A DNA stretch of 64,000 nucleotides from Botryllus schlosseri (lineage: Eukaryota), in contig CM119378.1 in NCBI GenBank assembly GCA_051294905.1, positions 1,178,001 through 1,242,000 of the forward strand, in the 5' to 3' direction. The notes under the pieces are model-generated. The model made no database searches. It was not told the origin of the DNA and saw only the letters and a list, made by a program, of their open reading frames with translations. Numbering within the stretch: the first letter of the stretch is position 1; each line of letters starts with the position of its first letter. A program made the translations under genes and the position numbers. Of this stretch, positions 25,101 through 40,100 are shown piece by piece.

Positions 25101-28100
25101 AAGTGAGATGTCTGAAAAGCAGTCAAGTAAGTAATATTAAAAGTGAATTTAGCAGTTAATCTGAGGTGGCTGCGTTCGATAATACTTTCAATCAAGGGCG
25201 AGTTCAGGATACTATTTCACTGACAAAATGCGATGGGAACTTACCTAAAACCTAATTTCTACTTTTCAATGTCTAAAACGTAGATAGAAATTAGTGTTGC
25301 CTGAAAAACTGTTATAAGTAAAAGAGCAAATATGCAGGAAAAAATAGTCAAATAAGGAAAGCCTATTTCAAAACTACGATAAAACAAAAGTAAGTTTCTC
25401 TGCACATGAACTATGAGATGAACGCGTAAACCCACCTTGACAGGAGCCGTGCTCGCAATGATCTTTGAGTTTGGAGCAGTTCTTGTCCGTGTAATTTTCC
25501 GTGCAGTTGCAGAAGTAATCGTGGTTCCTGTTGAAGCACTGGCCGCCGTTCTGACACGGGTTCGGTTCGCAGTAGCCCTCGTTGCGCTGAGGTGAGAAGA
25601 TACCGTTGATAACGGGCGTTACGTCGTGAATGATTCACGAGAAGAAAATCCCGATGCATTATTGATAACGCTTATAAACACGAGAAGTCTCACCCAGAGT
25701 TGAAAAAGTTGAAAACGTTCAGCTTTCTTAAATTAGATTAGTATTAGATTAACTTGAGCTAAATTGCGAATTTGGAAGAAATACTACAACAATCAAGTTC
25801 AGTTCACATCAAATATGAGTTGATACTCATAAGCGCAAGTATGGAAATATCTGTACACCGAGTTTGGCTAGGTTTGCATTTCAAGAAAACCAGAAACTAA
25901 ATTAGAATTAGAATTACCGGCATTCCGCTCTAATTAGTGTAATTAGACAACTAGAATTGTCTATCTGACTAATTCTAGTCTCACCTGACAACGGGAGCCG
26001 GAGTAGCCTCTGGGGCAAATGCATTCGAACCCATCTGGCAAGTCTACGCATTGACCCCCGTGCAAACATGGGTCGCTGGCGCAATCGTTGATGTCGATCT
26101 GGCATCTCTTGCCGGTGTAACCGGACGGGCAAGTGCAGCGGAACCCGTTTGTGAGGTCCTGCAATAAGGGGGTAGTGACGTCAGGAAATTTGATGACGTG
26201 ACAACACGGTTGTAGGGACTCGTAGATAATAATCTGCAAAATAAATGCTCTGAAGTTTTGGAAACGCGCCTTAAGCTAAATCTTACGTGGGCCGAATAGA
26301 TCAGAGCTATGGGTTTTATAGGTATCGGGGCAAAAATCCGATATCAATGGGCCTCTACCCAAAATACCGCCAAGTCCTGTTATTTTGACATAATTCGGTC
26401 GAAAAATGCTGATAAAATCCGACATTTACGTAAATTATATAATCAATAAACTCTGATCGTAGTCACAGCCCTAGTGTTTCCAAGACTTTAGGCGTTTCTA
26501 AATTAGGGCCCCGCGCATGACGCAGAGATCGGCAAATTGTTAGTTTATTTGTCCCAAACATCTGCAACTAAACGCAATCATTTCCAGCCGACCCTTTGAA
26601 GCCAAGCTCTCAGTGACGTCACGTCTGTTTTATGTGGATTCCGTGAATTTTGAGAGCGGGACGTTCGGTTCCCACGCAACGAGAACACAAGAGGCGGGCT
26701 GGCATCAAAGCTTAATTCGCGGCTTCTGATTGTTAAATTGCAGGTTCGACCGTGATTTCGCGCACAAAGACAATTCTCCGTAAACCGAGCCGACACGACT
26801 TTCGGGGAAATAAACATATTCCGTCTAAAATAGCTAAATTCAGTCGGTATGTTACAACGAACAATAAACAAAAATCTGGTGATACGATTGTTGATATACG
26901 ACGTTCTTTTGAATTCTCTACTAGTCGCTGACGATTACCCCTGACGATTATCAGCCGAAAATTTCAATATCAACATATTATTCAACAAATTAAAATAAAT
27001 AATTACACCGCTGATGAGAGTCCGTCGAAAAGCTTTTAGAAAGAAAGTTAACAATGTGAAGCTATTGCTTCGCGTAATAAACATATACGGCCCAAAATAT
27101 ATATAGATTCATTTATTTTGAGACGCCAGGAGACGACAAAATGACGCGAGGTTTTACTACACCGTGTTGGCACATAAATAAATTAAACAAAAAAGCATTA
27201 AAATATTTGCTTCAATATTAATATATTATCACAATATATATATTGTAGTTATGTACCTGAAGAGTATCCTTTAAAAACCAAAATCAAAAAGATAAAAAAT
27301 CCGTTTCAAATCGACCGGACCCGGCACTCGACAGAGATCTCGAGATGACGTCACTCTTGGAAGTAAAACGCAACGACAACAAACAGCCTGTCGAGTGCCA
27401 TTCAAAATTTGTCACCGACGCCGCCCGGTCCGAACATCGGGCGTAACACCCCCGTGGGACATGATTCCGATTAACCCTCTCACTCGGAACACTAGTACGT
27501 GTCAGGGTATTATCATCGCTAGTAGCTTACGGGTTAATGATAAAGTTTTGATAGGCTGGGAATGTCGCTTTCGTATCGAATGAGAGATGGAATCGAGTTG
27601 GTAACACTTATAAATAACCTGTCCACCTGCCGTATGTAAACACCCGTGTAGGCACTTGAGCATCTGGTAAGACGCCGGCAAGATGCTAGCAGCAAAGTGC
27701 CGTTCACATCAAAGTGCGCGAGAATCAATCCCCGTTCGACATTCGCCAAAAACAACTTTTACGCAGACTTTTCCCAAAAACGGGAATTAGCGGTGATGAA
27801 TTCGCGTCACGCGCTACCCGCGAATATAAAGTCACCAGGGCCGGGCTCAATGATTAGAGTACTGAGATATAATTATTCCTAGTACTGAAATGATATGCTC
27901 TCTGCCACTAAGAGTTAATTTATCAACGAAAATCACAGTCTCGATACTATTCTCCACGGTAGAAGGTTGTAAACTTGGATTGGTCGTGTCATAACATACG
28001 AAACATTAATACAAAGCTACGCACGTTACAGTAAATCAAAGTAAAGTAACTAAGTGCAATGAAATAGGTATGTTCGAAAAAATATCCAATCATCTTTAAT

Positions 28101-31100
28101 GTCATGTAGAACTGGCGTTATATTCTATGTGGTAGAAATTTCCACATTTTCCATACTGTTATAACGGTAAGCAACGGAATTACTCAATAATCAGGCACTC
28201 GATTTTGCCCACCAGCCCTCCCATAACAACATCACACAATGACGTCACGAGGGAAATAACGCAATCGAAGTCAATGTCGCTCATTATCTCCTAGGCATCT
28301 GGTTGATAGCACCTTCGATAAAATCTACACACGTTCGCCAACCAGTCAAGATGTCAAAATAAATCATCGGGGCCGCACTTCAATCAACGCGACGCAATAC
28401 TCTATTTACACTAGCCGCCAACATAACGTGACTTTTGCGATTATGACATTTATTAGGCGTCGTTTCGTCAAAGCTGACAACGGGAGTTGTCACAATTCAA
28501 ACAAGAAATGTCCAGGTATACAATTTACAATCGAGTAACATATTCATATTGAAATAAACCCGAGCATTTTCGGCTGACACTCATCAGGGGTATTCGTCAG
28601 GAACTGGCAGACAACCCAAAAGGACATGGCATATAGAGGAACAGAACTTCAACACACAGTTGAATAACATATTGATATTGGAATAAACCCGAGCATTTTC
28701 GGCTGACACTCGCCAGGGGCAATCGTCAGCAACTATAGTACAAACTTCACAAGAAATTTGTACATAATTATGCGCATTGAGCTTAAGCCATCTTTTCGCC
28801 GCGATTATTCCAATTTTTTCGGTGATACGGATGTTTGCATACAAATTTATTTTGTAAATACTCAGGCTTATTTTAATACGAATACATTATTCAATTGTAA
28901 TCGTATTTCTGTACCTGAAATATTGTTCTATCTTATTCGATTGTGTATTAAAGCACTCCTAGTTTTTTGACTAATTGTAGTACTTGCTCGAGTGATTATG
29001 TTGACTGCTCTCACTCGTAATTCACAAAATTTGAGTCAGAACTACTTGTTATCGCGATTCGTATTTTGAAAAGTAGGAAGCGGTTTTGGAATGAGTTTGC
29101 GTCACTCCGATGGACCGAGATTGAACTTCAATGCCTTTAATATTCGATTTCTGATATGGGATGTTCTTTTCAATTCTCTGGAATTCGCAGACGATTAATT
29201 ACCACTGACTCAGTCGCAAATATTCGGGTTTATTTCAATATCAATATATCATTCATTAGCAATCGAAGTTTTGAAACTCCAAGAGCCCTCTTCAGATACA
29301 ATGTACGACCGTGTCAAAACAAGGCCACCCCCCTGTGATTCCACGACGCACTCGACCCACAAGTGGGAAGATAACACATCAAACGTTTGTCTCAACCCAA
29401 TCGCACAATAGTCACGCCCGTTCCGATTCGATTCATCATCAATGACGTCACAATGGCCGGGTCGACATCTCGAAACCGTTATCTGACCAGTCACAGGCAC
29501 TCGGAGAACCCGCTCTCTTCAGCCCGCGACCACTTATGAATCATTTGTCGCAGATGCGCGGCTCGTGACATCGCAAGGAGGCGACAATTGGCAAGCGCGC
29601 GTGACGCAACAGTGACTTACAAGCGATTCTCGCAATCTTACAATCAAAAATGTATTGATATAGAAATAAACCTGAATATTTTCGGCTGACACTCGTCAGG
29701 GGTGATCGTCAGCGACTGGTAGAGATTTTAAAACAACTTGTGTATCAACAATCCTCACTGGCATACAAATTGAAAAAAAAAATGGCTATATTAAATTAAA
29801 ATAAATTGAAAGAAATGAAAAAATAAATAAAAACATTCGAGGCGAACAGATGGCGTATGCTCTGCGTGTATGTACTATTGTTAGATTATAAACATGACAT
29901 TGATACTACGTACCTGACATGTCCCGCCGTGCAGACACTTTCCCTCGCAATCGTCGATATCTGTGTAGCGATAAACAGAGAGAGATTGAAGCAATTGCGA
30001 GAGTCTGCATTACAAGGCAACTTACTTTGACCGCAATCCACGCCCTCCCATCCACTCTCGCAGATACAATGGTAGCCGCCGGGTACGTTGTGGCACGACA
30101 CCGCGTTGATGCACGGGCTCTCCTTACATTCGTCCGCGTCTGAAAATATCGCATGTTTGTTTTCTCGCATAGGTTGACGAAATAAATCTCTGTCTATTTC
30201 AAAAAGTCTGGTTCTAGTGGCGCATAAAGAAAATTAGTCGAGGAACAGCTAAACACACGTGTCGTCGTTTGGCGTGAATCGTGATACCGGTGTTCTGTCG
30301 TGTGATGTTCTCGCCGCCATTGCTGGCTTAATGTCATCACTGATTACGGTGTAGCCAGGGATTGGTTTTGAGGGTCGGCAACCCCTCCCATTGGAAACCC
30401 AGTGAAAATTCTTATCTCCAATAATTCATAGCTTATTTGAAATTCAGTTCATAATTTAGTTGCGTTTTGCAAGCTACTGTCGTCCTGCCAACAGCCGCTA
30501 ACTTGTACTGTCGTAATGTAACGAATTTTGTTGTAATAACAGACATAAAATTGGTCTTAAACGAGCTGCGGACTATATTTTCGTGATACTTCTCAATTTT
30601 CATGCGATTGATATATCAACTATTATCGGATATAGACATGAGACGGAATTATTTCTGGATTCGAACTAGGAGTTGAAACATGAAAGCCGTTCATTTCTGA
30701 CTGGCAAGTAACGTGGGCAACAAATACTAAACGACGCGCCCGGATGCCCCATTACTCTCTATGCAATCGTAATCGATGACAAACCATTCGAAATGGAACA
30801 CCCATTTCGTGGCGACGCGTTGCGCTGGTACGGCGCGGAGAGACAATTACAGCTTACACGCGGTCCGCTGTTGAGAATAGAACTCGGATCGCGGCGACGA
30901 CGCATAATTACTGATTTCCGTAATTGCAGGGTTGGACCGAATCACGTCTGCTACGGAAGCGGACCGAACGTGTCATTAATACAAGAAGCCTCGCAATAGT
31001 CGTATTGTACCGAGGACTGGCAATAATCGCAATCAAGAGCTGTTTAGAAGCAACAGCGCGACATTTAAAGCAAGATATTATGTCGGCAGTACTCGAACCT

Positions 31101-34100
31101 GAATCAGCATTAACTCTGATGATTCAATCGAGTCATCAGAGATGATTCTTTCGAAAACTGAACTTATTCGCTCCTTGCCAATAACAGCTAATTATGAATG
31201 ACAATTATAGTTTTGATAGTATTTACCATTGTGGAAAACTTTAAAAATATATGGTCGGATAGCAACATACGAGACATGTAGTACAAATTCTAAGCGGAAA
31301 TGACACATATATGAAATCGCGATCAACCCACAGCATTGTCACAATGAGTAATGATATCAGTGCGGTCGAAAAAATATCAAATTATGTTAAATGTGATGTA
31401 AAACTGACATTTTATTCTCTGTGGTCGCATAAAAGGCCCAGATTTAAACTTTCCACGTCATTCATACTGTTATGACGTCGTAATTAGTGACACTCGAATA
31501 TTCGACGCCCAATATTCGATTCAGAATCGAATCACTCACTCGATCTCGCCCGCCCTTACACGTAGTATAAATTTCAATGAAGAAACAGACATATGAAAGT
31601 ATCTTTCGTCGCTAACAAGAACGCAGGGATCACAAACCGGCCATTATTTCCGCGAATATCGACCCGCGATTTAGCCGACAATAGACCACGCGAGACCAAA
31701 CAGACGCCCGTATCGCATCCGCAAAACACGGACATCATTCACATGCTGTAAGTTAATACCCTACGAAGATTCCACGCGCACGATATCAATTCGGGTGCCT
31801 TGAAATTCCATATTAGGGAAGAGTTACTCCGCGTAACGACGAAAAGGAATCGACATTGTAGGCGTCAACGCGATCACGTGACCTCCATCTATCAGCATAA
31901 ATGATGAAATAGATAATTCTAGTTGCCTAATGAGACTAATTACAGCTAAATGCCGGTAATCTAATTCTAGTCTAATTTCTGGATTTCCTAAAAATGCTAC
32001 AGGAGAACAGTACAGCGCGACAGGATCCAAACTTTGCGTACATACATTTGCCATTCAAATGCCTGTGGCAATGAACTCTGATTTGATACTGAGCTTGATT
32101 TTTTGTTGTATTACTGTACTGTGTAATTCGGGATTGTTTTTTGCGAATGCTATAATTGTAATTTTAATCTAATTCGAAAAAACTGTGTAGCTAAATAAGT
32201 CTAAATATACCGGTAACATAATTTGGGTAAGCTAAAAATTTTGTAGTTTCCCAACTGTGCCTCTGTCGTAGGAACAAACTGTGTAGCTGCTAGCTATAAC
32301 ATTCTAATTCTAACATGATTCGGAAAAGGTGAAAATTTTCCAGTTTCTCTGGAACTGAGAGGGTTAATCCCGACCGCAATTGCGCAACGAGAGTTAAGTA
32401 TTACAAGTGAGGATAAAACGCGCTGACTTTCCCACAGATCCGCGACAAGCAAGGAATGTTAGTTGCCGCTTTGCCTGGCACTTACATCGCTTGAGCATAT
32501 TAACCCGGTCGGCATCCAACACACTCACCTAGAAGACAGGTCTGGCCCTCCCACTTGTCCGGGCATTCGCAGTGGAAATCGTTGATTAAGTCGTGGCAGA
32601 CGCCGCCGTTCGCGCAAGGGTTGTGTTCGCAGTCGTCGATGTCTGTAGAGTAATAGAAATTGGTCGGTCGCTGTATTTCACCTTATCAGTTTATTTCCTT
32701 TTCATAGTAGCATGGCGCAATATACAATTGAATAATATATTCATATTGAAAAATTCCCGGATATCTTCTGCTGACACTCGTCAGCAACTAGTAGACAATC
32801 CAAACTCATAACTCATCTTTACGACTCGATGATACGAATTAAACACCGACGATTCATATTTTATAATACGACTTTTGATATACCTCGTTATTTTGAAAAT
32901 GTATTCTGGTTTATTTCAATATGAATATATTATTCAATAATAATCTCCGTTCTATACCTCGAAAAGTCCCACTACATTATTCAAATGAATCTTAAAGTAC
33001 TTTTTCCAAGCACCGTACTCAAGTAGCTATAGCCTATTGGTATCACTTGCTCAAGCGATTACGCATTTAGATTACTCCCCCTTGTAATCCGCATTTTCTT
33101 TTACACAAAACCATTTCCTAGTGGTGTATAAGTTACAAGTGTAGCCGTAAATGTAAAGCCAAGTAGAAGCAGAAGTAACAATCTACAGGTAAGTACAAAA
33201 TATTGCCTGAAAACCGAAAACTGTCAAGTACAAGTGGAATTAGTATACAAACATAACTACTTGAGTAAGCGGTGTATTTAAATTTGCAGCCGATGCACCA
33301 TTATGTCGAAGTCGAAATTGCAATTTGAGATTGCACGGCTTCAACCGGTTGGTATTTTTTAGGCGACCCAACAACGTAATCAGTTAAACTTGAAATTTAG
33401 AATTTGCTCAGCAATGACGTCATAATGAGAAACACGACGTGGGGTCGCGCGGGTTCGTATTCGCGTCGCGTCTGGCCCGATTTTTGACGCATGTCCGCGC
33501 ACGCGCCTCTTATCTCGAGGGGGACTCGAACCGCGAGGGAATTCGGTTCGAGTCAGACAGCGCGCGACCGGCATCCTCCGAAAACCACATGAATCGCGCG
33601 TCGTCCGTGACAAGACAGGTGGTTTTGACAGCGTTACTCAAATCAGCCTTGGCTGTATTTCTACCAAATTCGGACAACTAGAAAATTTTAGTTACGTAAT
33701 TAGACCAAGAGCGAAATGCCGGTAATCTAATTCTAATCTAATTTATGAAATCTTTACATACTCCAATTTTAATTCGAATCTAATTTCTGATTTTCCTGAA
33801 AATGCTACAGGTGAACTGTATTGTGTGAAACGAACCAAGCTATTTGCTATTCTCTCTGAACTTGATTTTTGTTGTATTCCTGTGTGATTCGGAATTGAAT
33901 TCAATTTCCAAGTTTTGCGAACCCCGTAATTCTACTTAAATAATCTAATTAAGAAGAAAAGTAGCAGTCTAACATCGCAATACTTGAGGGAGCAGTATAT
34001 GTAGGCAAACCTACTTGAGTACTTCGTAAAAAGCAGAAGTACTCCGTCACTAACTCCGACCACATCTGTCAACCAAGACGGGTTGAAATATTACTGCAAG

Positions 34101-37100
34101 ACTCCTTAGTACGTCTTTTCATGTTACCAAATTGTTGTGGTGTTATGAATCGTAAAAAATAATCATACAAAATAAACTATCATCATAGCAAAGATTTCCG
34201 AGCATATAAAAACGCAACCAACCGACTATGTCGAACAGTCGCTCGAGACATCCCAAACAAACCCATGTTTTCGCGTAATCGCGCCTCGTATCGAGTTTCC
34301 CGAATGCCAACATGGCTGACCTCCTTCCGAGGTAGAAATAGCGACAGAAATCGAAGCGAGATACAACTTTAGCTGCGCTCTCTCAGGAGTATAGGTTACC
34401 GCGATTACATCGTCACAAGCGACGTGTATCGTGGCTTATGATATAACAATTCATTAGCGGCACACACAATATCTCATAACAAAACAAAGAGTGGAAATAC
34501 GAATCGGGACGCGGCGGTGTCGCGTTTCGCTGCGAAACCGGATATGACGAGCTGCCGAAGACCTGAACCCGCAGTAGAAAATCCTTAATCGGATTTGTAA
34601 GCCACAAACTACCAATCTAGTTAGCTGACGGTCAACTAATTACTGTTATTTAGTAATTCAATAGTTCTAGTTGCGTTCTAGTTTGAAAAGTAAGTAGCTC
34701 TAGCTTCTTTTAGTCGCGTCAAATGTGAGTAGTTCTAGTTCTAGTTGCAAGTTTTGAAAAGTAAGTAGTTCTAGCTAGTTTTAGTTGCGCATTTTCAAAT
34801 GTGAGTACCTAGTTCTAGTTCTAGTTGCGAATTTTGAAAAGTGAATAGTTCTAGTTCTAGTTGCAAGTTTTGAAAAGTATGTAGTTTTAGTTCTAGTTGC
34901 GGCTTTTGAAAAGTGAGTAGTTCTAGTTGCGCATTTTTAAAATCCAGTATAGTTTGTACAATACATGTACGGTACGAAGTCTGCCTGTAACGCTTTGATT
35001 TCGCGCGAGATCAAAAAGCGAACACGCTCAGCGCGCGCGCGCGGGTGGCCGCGAAAACAGACTGTAGTAATCCCATTAGTCTGATGGAAACGCACAAGGT
35101 AAGCTTATAATAGAGAGTGCTAGATCGACCGTTTTAATGTTGCAAATTGTAAAATTGATACGATGCGGGTACGGCGGTAACGGAAGGCGAACCGACCGGT
35201 CGATTGCCGTATAAGGACCTGGTACGCAGTGAAAAATGCATATCACGAGCAATGACGTAACAACGGCGCTGGTAGCAGTACTGACGCGGGAATGATAGCT
35301 TGCATAAAGACAAGGGCCGATCAAAATGGAATACACAGTGATTCTGTTCGGAATCCAGTATTCGGCGTTAAGCCGAGTATGAATGATGTGGAAAGTATAA
35401 ATATGGACCATTTACGGGCCATAAAGAATATAATCTCAGTTCGACGACACATAAAGATAACTTGATATTTCTGAGAATGCAGTGGGGGTTGATCACGTGG
35501 CGATAAATTCTCGTTAATAAATGAACTCTTAGTGGAACGGAGCGTAGAATCTATATGCTCATTGCTCAGCCTTGGGCGGGATTTTTTGGATTCGGATTTT
35601 AGCACTAAAGACGAAAATAGCATCCGGGTTTCATTTAACCGAACAAAACGGATCCATATCCCGAAAAAACATGTGTTTTCGAGCGCGTATTGGCGGTCGC
35701 TGAGGTCAGAATGTCATCGGGTAAGTGCGAAAGTGCCACTTCATCGTGGGAACAAAGACCGCACTTGAATACGAAGCGTCTGACACGTAACGTTCGCGAC
35801 CATGTTCACGTCACAAGCGATTACTGCGCGACTGTTGAACCTCGCATTAAGCTAGATGCTATATCTTTTTAACATCGACTGAATATATATGGATGAGGAC
35901 GATAGTAATCGGTTTTTATCGGTATCGGCTCGAAAATCCGGTATCTCGGACTCTAATCCCGATTCGTGTTGCAGGAAAACACAAGTATTTTATGACAAGG
36001 TCTCAAAAAGGTCACAATCACGCCGATGATGATCAGCATCCGAAGTGACAACGATAATAACGAGTTGTGCGATGCTGCTTTGGCTCTAACATCGGGCTAA
36101 TAACGCCGTAATATGACATTTACATAATCGTAATATGACATTTACACAAAATGAAAATTTCTCTTTCACACGCTAATCGCCCCATAACACATTCCTAATT
36201 ACATTGCCCGACAGTGCCCCTCGCAGGGCAACCGATGTAAAAGCGCTCTAATCACCACAATTGCCTGTTTATCCTGACTAATTACAGGCTTGAGGCACGA
36301 ATTACGCGCTTTTCTCTGCGAATATAACGCCGGAATGTGCGCTATTTCGCGAGCCGTAGAAATATACTCACTCAGCAAACAGGTCTCCCCGGTCCAACCG
36401 GGCGGGCAGTCGCAATGAAACCGGCCCGGTTCTTCTCTACACCTGCCCCCGTTGCCGCAAGGATTCGACACGCACGCGTACTCAGCTGAAATTCGAATAA
36501 TGTCAGTAAGTCATTCATACATTGAACAACATGTTGATATTGTACATATTGATACGATTGTTGGTATACAATATTCTTTCCAATTCTCTAGTAGTTGCTG
36601 ACTTGGGACTGTAGTCCCTTGGCGAGTGTCAGCCGAAAATATTCGGGTTTATATCAATATTAATATTTTAACCAATTGACTAATATTTACTCAGTAGAAA
36701 CTGACTGTATTTCGACTTGAATGTGTTACGCTGACACGCTCGACGACTGATATCTTATAAAACGTCTGCTGTCGCGTTAGAGTAAACACGAAACACAAAA
36801 CGTGTGAAAAAATCGCGATTTCTCTTAGCATTGTTGAGATGTCAGTTTTGAGGTAAAACATTCGCGGGGATTATCTTAGCGCTCGTACGATGATCCGAGA
36901 TGCGACACGCTATTAAGCCACTGTCTTGGGACGGCGCCCCCCGGGACTTAATAATCACCGTCACGTCATAACGCGAACCTGTAACGGTTCGGACGCGATT
37001 GCCACGGATCAAAGACAGCCTTGTATTGGGTTCGATGTGAGCGAAAATAAACGAAATTTTCGAAAACTTTCAAGTTATTCAATAATCCGATTAAATTCGA

Positions 37101-40100
37101 GTTGAAATTTTTACTCGGTGGCAAATTTTAGCGGATTTTGCAAAAGTCACAGGAAACGGATTCCTCTCAAAAATGTAATTCGTTTAAACATATAATCGGA
37201 GTCACGCGCGGTAAATAACCAAACGCATCAATCTTGTGGTAGAGTCATTCAGCCGCACGTCCCATTTTTTTTTAGCTACAACTGCAATGACTTGGACAAC
37301 TAGTGTTAATTCTAGTTGTCTAATTATAGTAACTAGAGCGATATGCCGGTAATCAAATTATACTGTAATTTTTGAAATTATCATTCTAATTTTAATCTAA
37401 TTTTTGGTTTTTCCTGAAAATGCTACAGGTGAACTGTATAGCGCGAAACGAGCCAAGCTTGCTATACAGACATTTGCCATTGTCATGCTTACGGGGATGA
37501 ACTCTGATTCGATACGAACCGAATTTGAGTCAATTTGCAAGCGTTCGCGAATTCAGTAATTTTAATTCTAATCTTATGTGAAAAAAACTGTATCTACAAG
37601 CCTAATGGTAGTCTAATTCGGAAAAAATGCGTAGCTATAATACCAATTCTAGTATAATTTAGAAAAAAATATGCAGCTATAATTCTAATTCTAAAATAAT
37701 TTGGGAAAACTGGAAATCTTTGTCAAAGTCTACACCTCCCTTACTGTCTCATTTGCAGTTCGAATTACATGTAGGAAATTTATTTTTGCGATGTTGAATA
37801 AATTTTAAACTCTCTCTGAAGCGTAGTAAATGAACAATGACCGAATTCGCAGACTTACCTATCTCGCAGTTCCTCCCCGTGTAGCCGTCCGGACATTCGC
37901 ACTGAAACTTGTCCGGTTCAGGATTGGTGCAGGTACCCCCGTTCAGGCAGGGCCGGTGCATGCCGCAGTAGTTCAAGTCTGCCACAAAAAGATTCTTTCA
38001 TGCTATCGTGCTATCACAGTTGGCACTCACATACAAGTAGAAATAGTGACTTTTTAAAATACATGTGAAAAGTTTTGCCAGAAAAAACTGGGAGCTATGA
38101 AGTAGAAGTAGTTTAAAATTATTAACGCTTGAGTAACAGGCTAATGTAGGCAAAATTTATAGCGTAGTTATGATAAGGGCTGAGCATAACGAATGAAGTA
38201 CTCGAATATGAATTGAGCAACGAACGGAGTCTAGTACCGAGGGGTAATGTTTTTCGAGAATTAAAATAATAGGCCTCTTTTCATTAAGAGAAATCATTTC
38301 GATAGTGTGCGCCGTGCGCCCACCGTGGAAGCATTAAAACCAGATTGGTCTTTTCACGGCATACGAATCACGCAGTACAGAGCAACGTGCGTTAGTGGAA
38401 ATGGCTTTTGTGCAGCATTTTCACGAAGGGCAATGAAATAGGCATAGTCGAATAAATATCAAATTATCTTTATGTGATGTAGATATGACATTATATTCTT
38501 TGCGGTGGCAAAAATTCTTCATTACTCGACACGAAGCCAAATATTCAATTCTGAATCGAATCGCCCAGGGCTTCGATCATTCCCGGCGTTAGTTATGTCA
38601 GCAAATCGCACTTACTCTTATGGCATAGCAGCCCGCCCCAGTTTGTGTCGCAGTGGCACTGGAATGGTTCCGTGCAAGAGCCGTGATCGCACCCAGGATA
38701 CGGCACGCACTTGTCGCAAAAATCGCCCTGCCAGCCGTACTTGCATCTGGAAAAGATTGCGTTCGATTACGTAGGACATGTCCCCGGAGACGTGTCGCAT
38801 TACTACTGTGTCAAAAGTCAAATATGCGCGTATAGACAGCAATGAATCAATCGGGTGCAAAGCGATCGACGCAGTCGATTCGATGATGTTTTAAATATAA
38901 ATATCCGGTGTACTCACCGGATGTTTTAAATCCGGATGAAACATAACTGGGTCCGGTTAAATCGGACTTTGAAACTGAACACGCGCAAATCTTTATTCAA
39001 GATTACCAGCCACACTTGGGCAAATAGATCATTCTAGCCGCGTAGTTAGAATAATTTGAGCACAACGAAAGCGATATAGTTGTAATCTAATTTGTGAACT
39101 GTTTCCACGCTTTAATAGTAAATTCTATTATAATTTCTGGCCTTCCTGAAAATGCTTCAGAAGAACTGTATAGTAGGGGTGTTCAAAAATGACATTTTTT
39201 CTCAAATTGTACTGGCTACTTGGTAAAATTGTCCGGTTACCTAATTTAAGCCTACACACCAAATTTGGTTCAATTCCAGCCACTAGCCGCATTGCTACAG
39301 GAGAAGAAAGTTTATATTTATTATATAAAAATAAATGAACAAAAATTTCAAAATTTTCTGTTCACCCCATGGAAGTGTTAGGTTGTCTATAGAAACGATG
39401 TTCACCAAATTTGGTTCAATTCCAACCGGTGGAAGCAGAGTTATTGCCGTCGAAAAATTTGGATTATCAATAAAATAGTACTTACGGTGACCAATTCTTT
39501 AATTATTTATTGTAAGTGTTCGTGTCCACCGTAAACACTATTTTATTCAAATCCAAATTTTTCGACGGCAATAACTCCGTGTCTAATGGTTGGAATTGAA
39601 CAATATTTGGTGAATATCGTCTCTATAGACAACCTAACCTTAAATTACGTAGCCTAATAATTTTATCCAGTAGCCAATACAATTTGGGGAAAAAAGTCAT
39701 TTTTGAACAGCCCTACTGTATAGTGCGTAACGAGCCACGCTTGGCGTACATACATTTGTCATGCTCGTGCTAATGTTAATGAGCTCTGATTTGAGTATTG
39801 TCGGATTTCCTTCTAATTAGCAATTTAAATTCTAATCTAGTTTTGAAGAGCAGAATTTCTTTATAGTTGTCAAACTATTGTCAAAACTGACAGGCACTGA
39901 TAGAAATATCAAACATCGACGGTTACATCACCGTCGTAAATACACAACCGCGATCGGGGGTTAGATGAATACCCAATTACCGAGAAGCTACCGTGACATC
40001 ACAGTTACAAAACAAACACGCGCAAGAGTCAGGTGCCAATTCCCGGGGTTACTCATCCCCAGTCACGTGCTTTCAGAGCGATCGTTCGAAACGTTCACTT

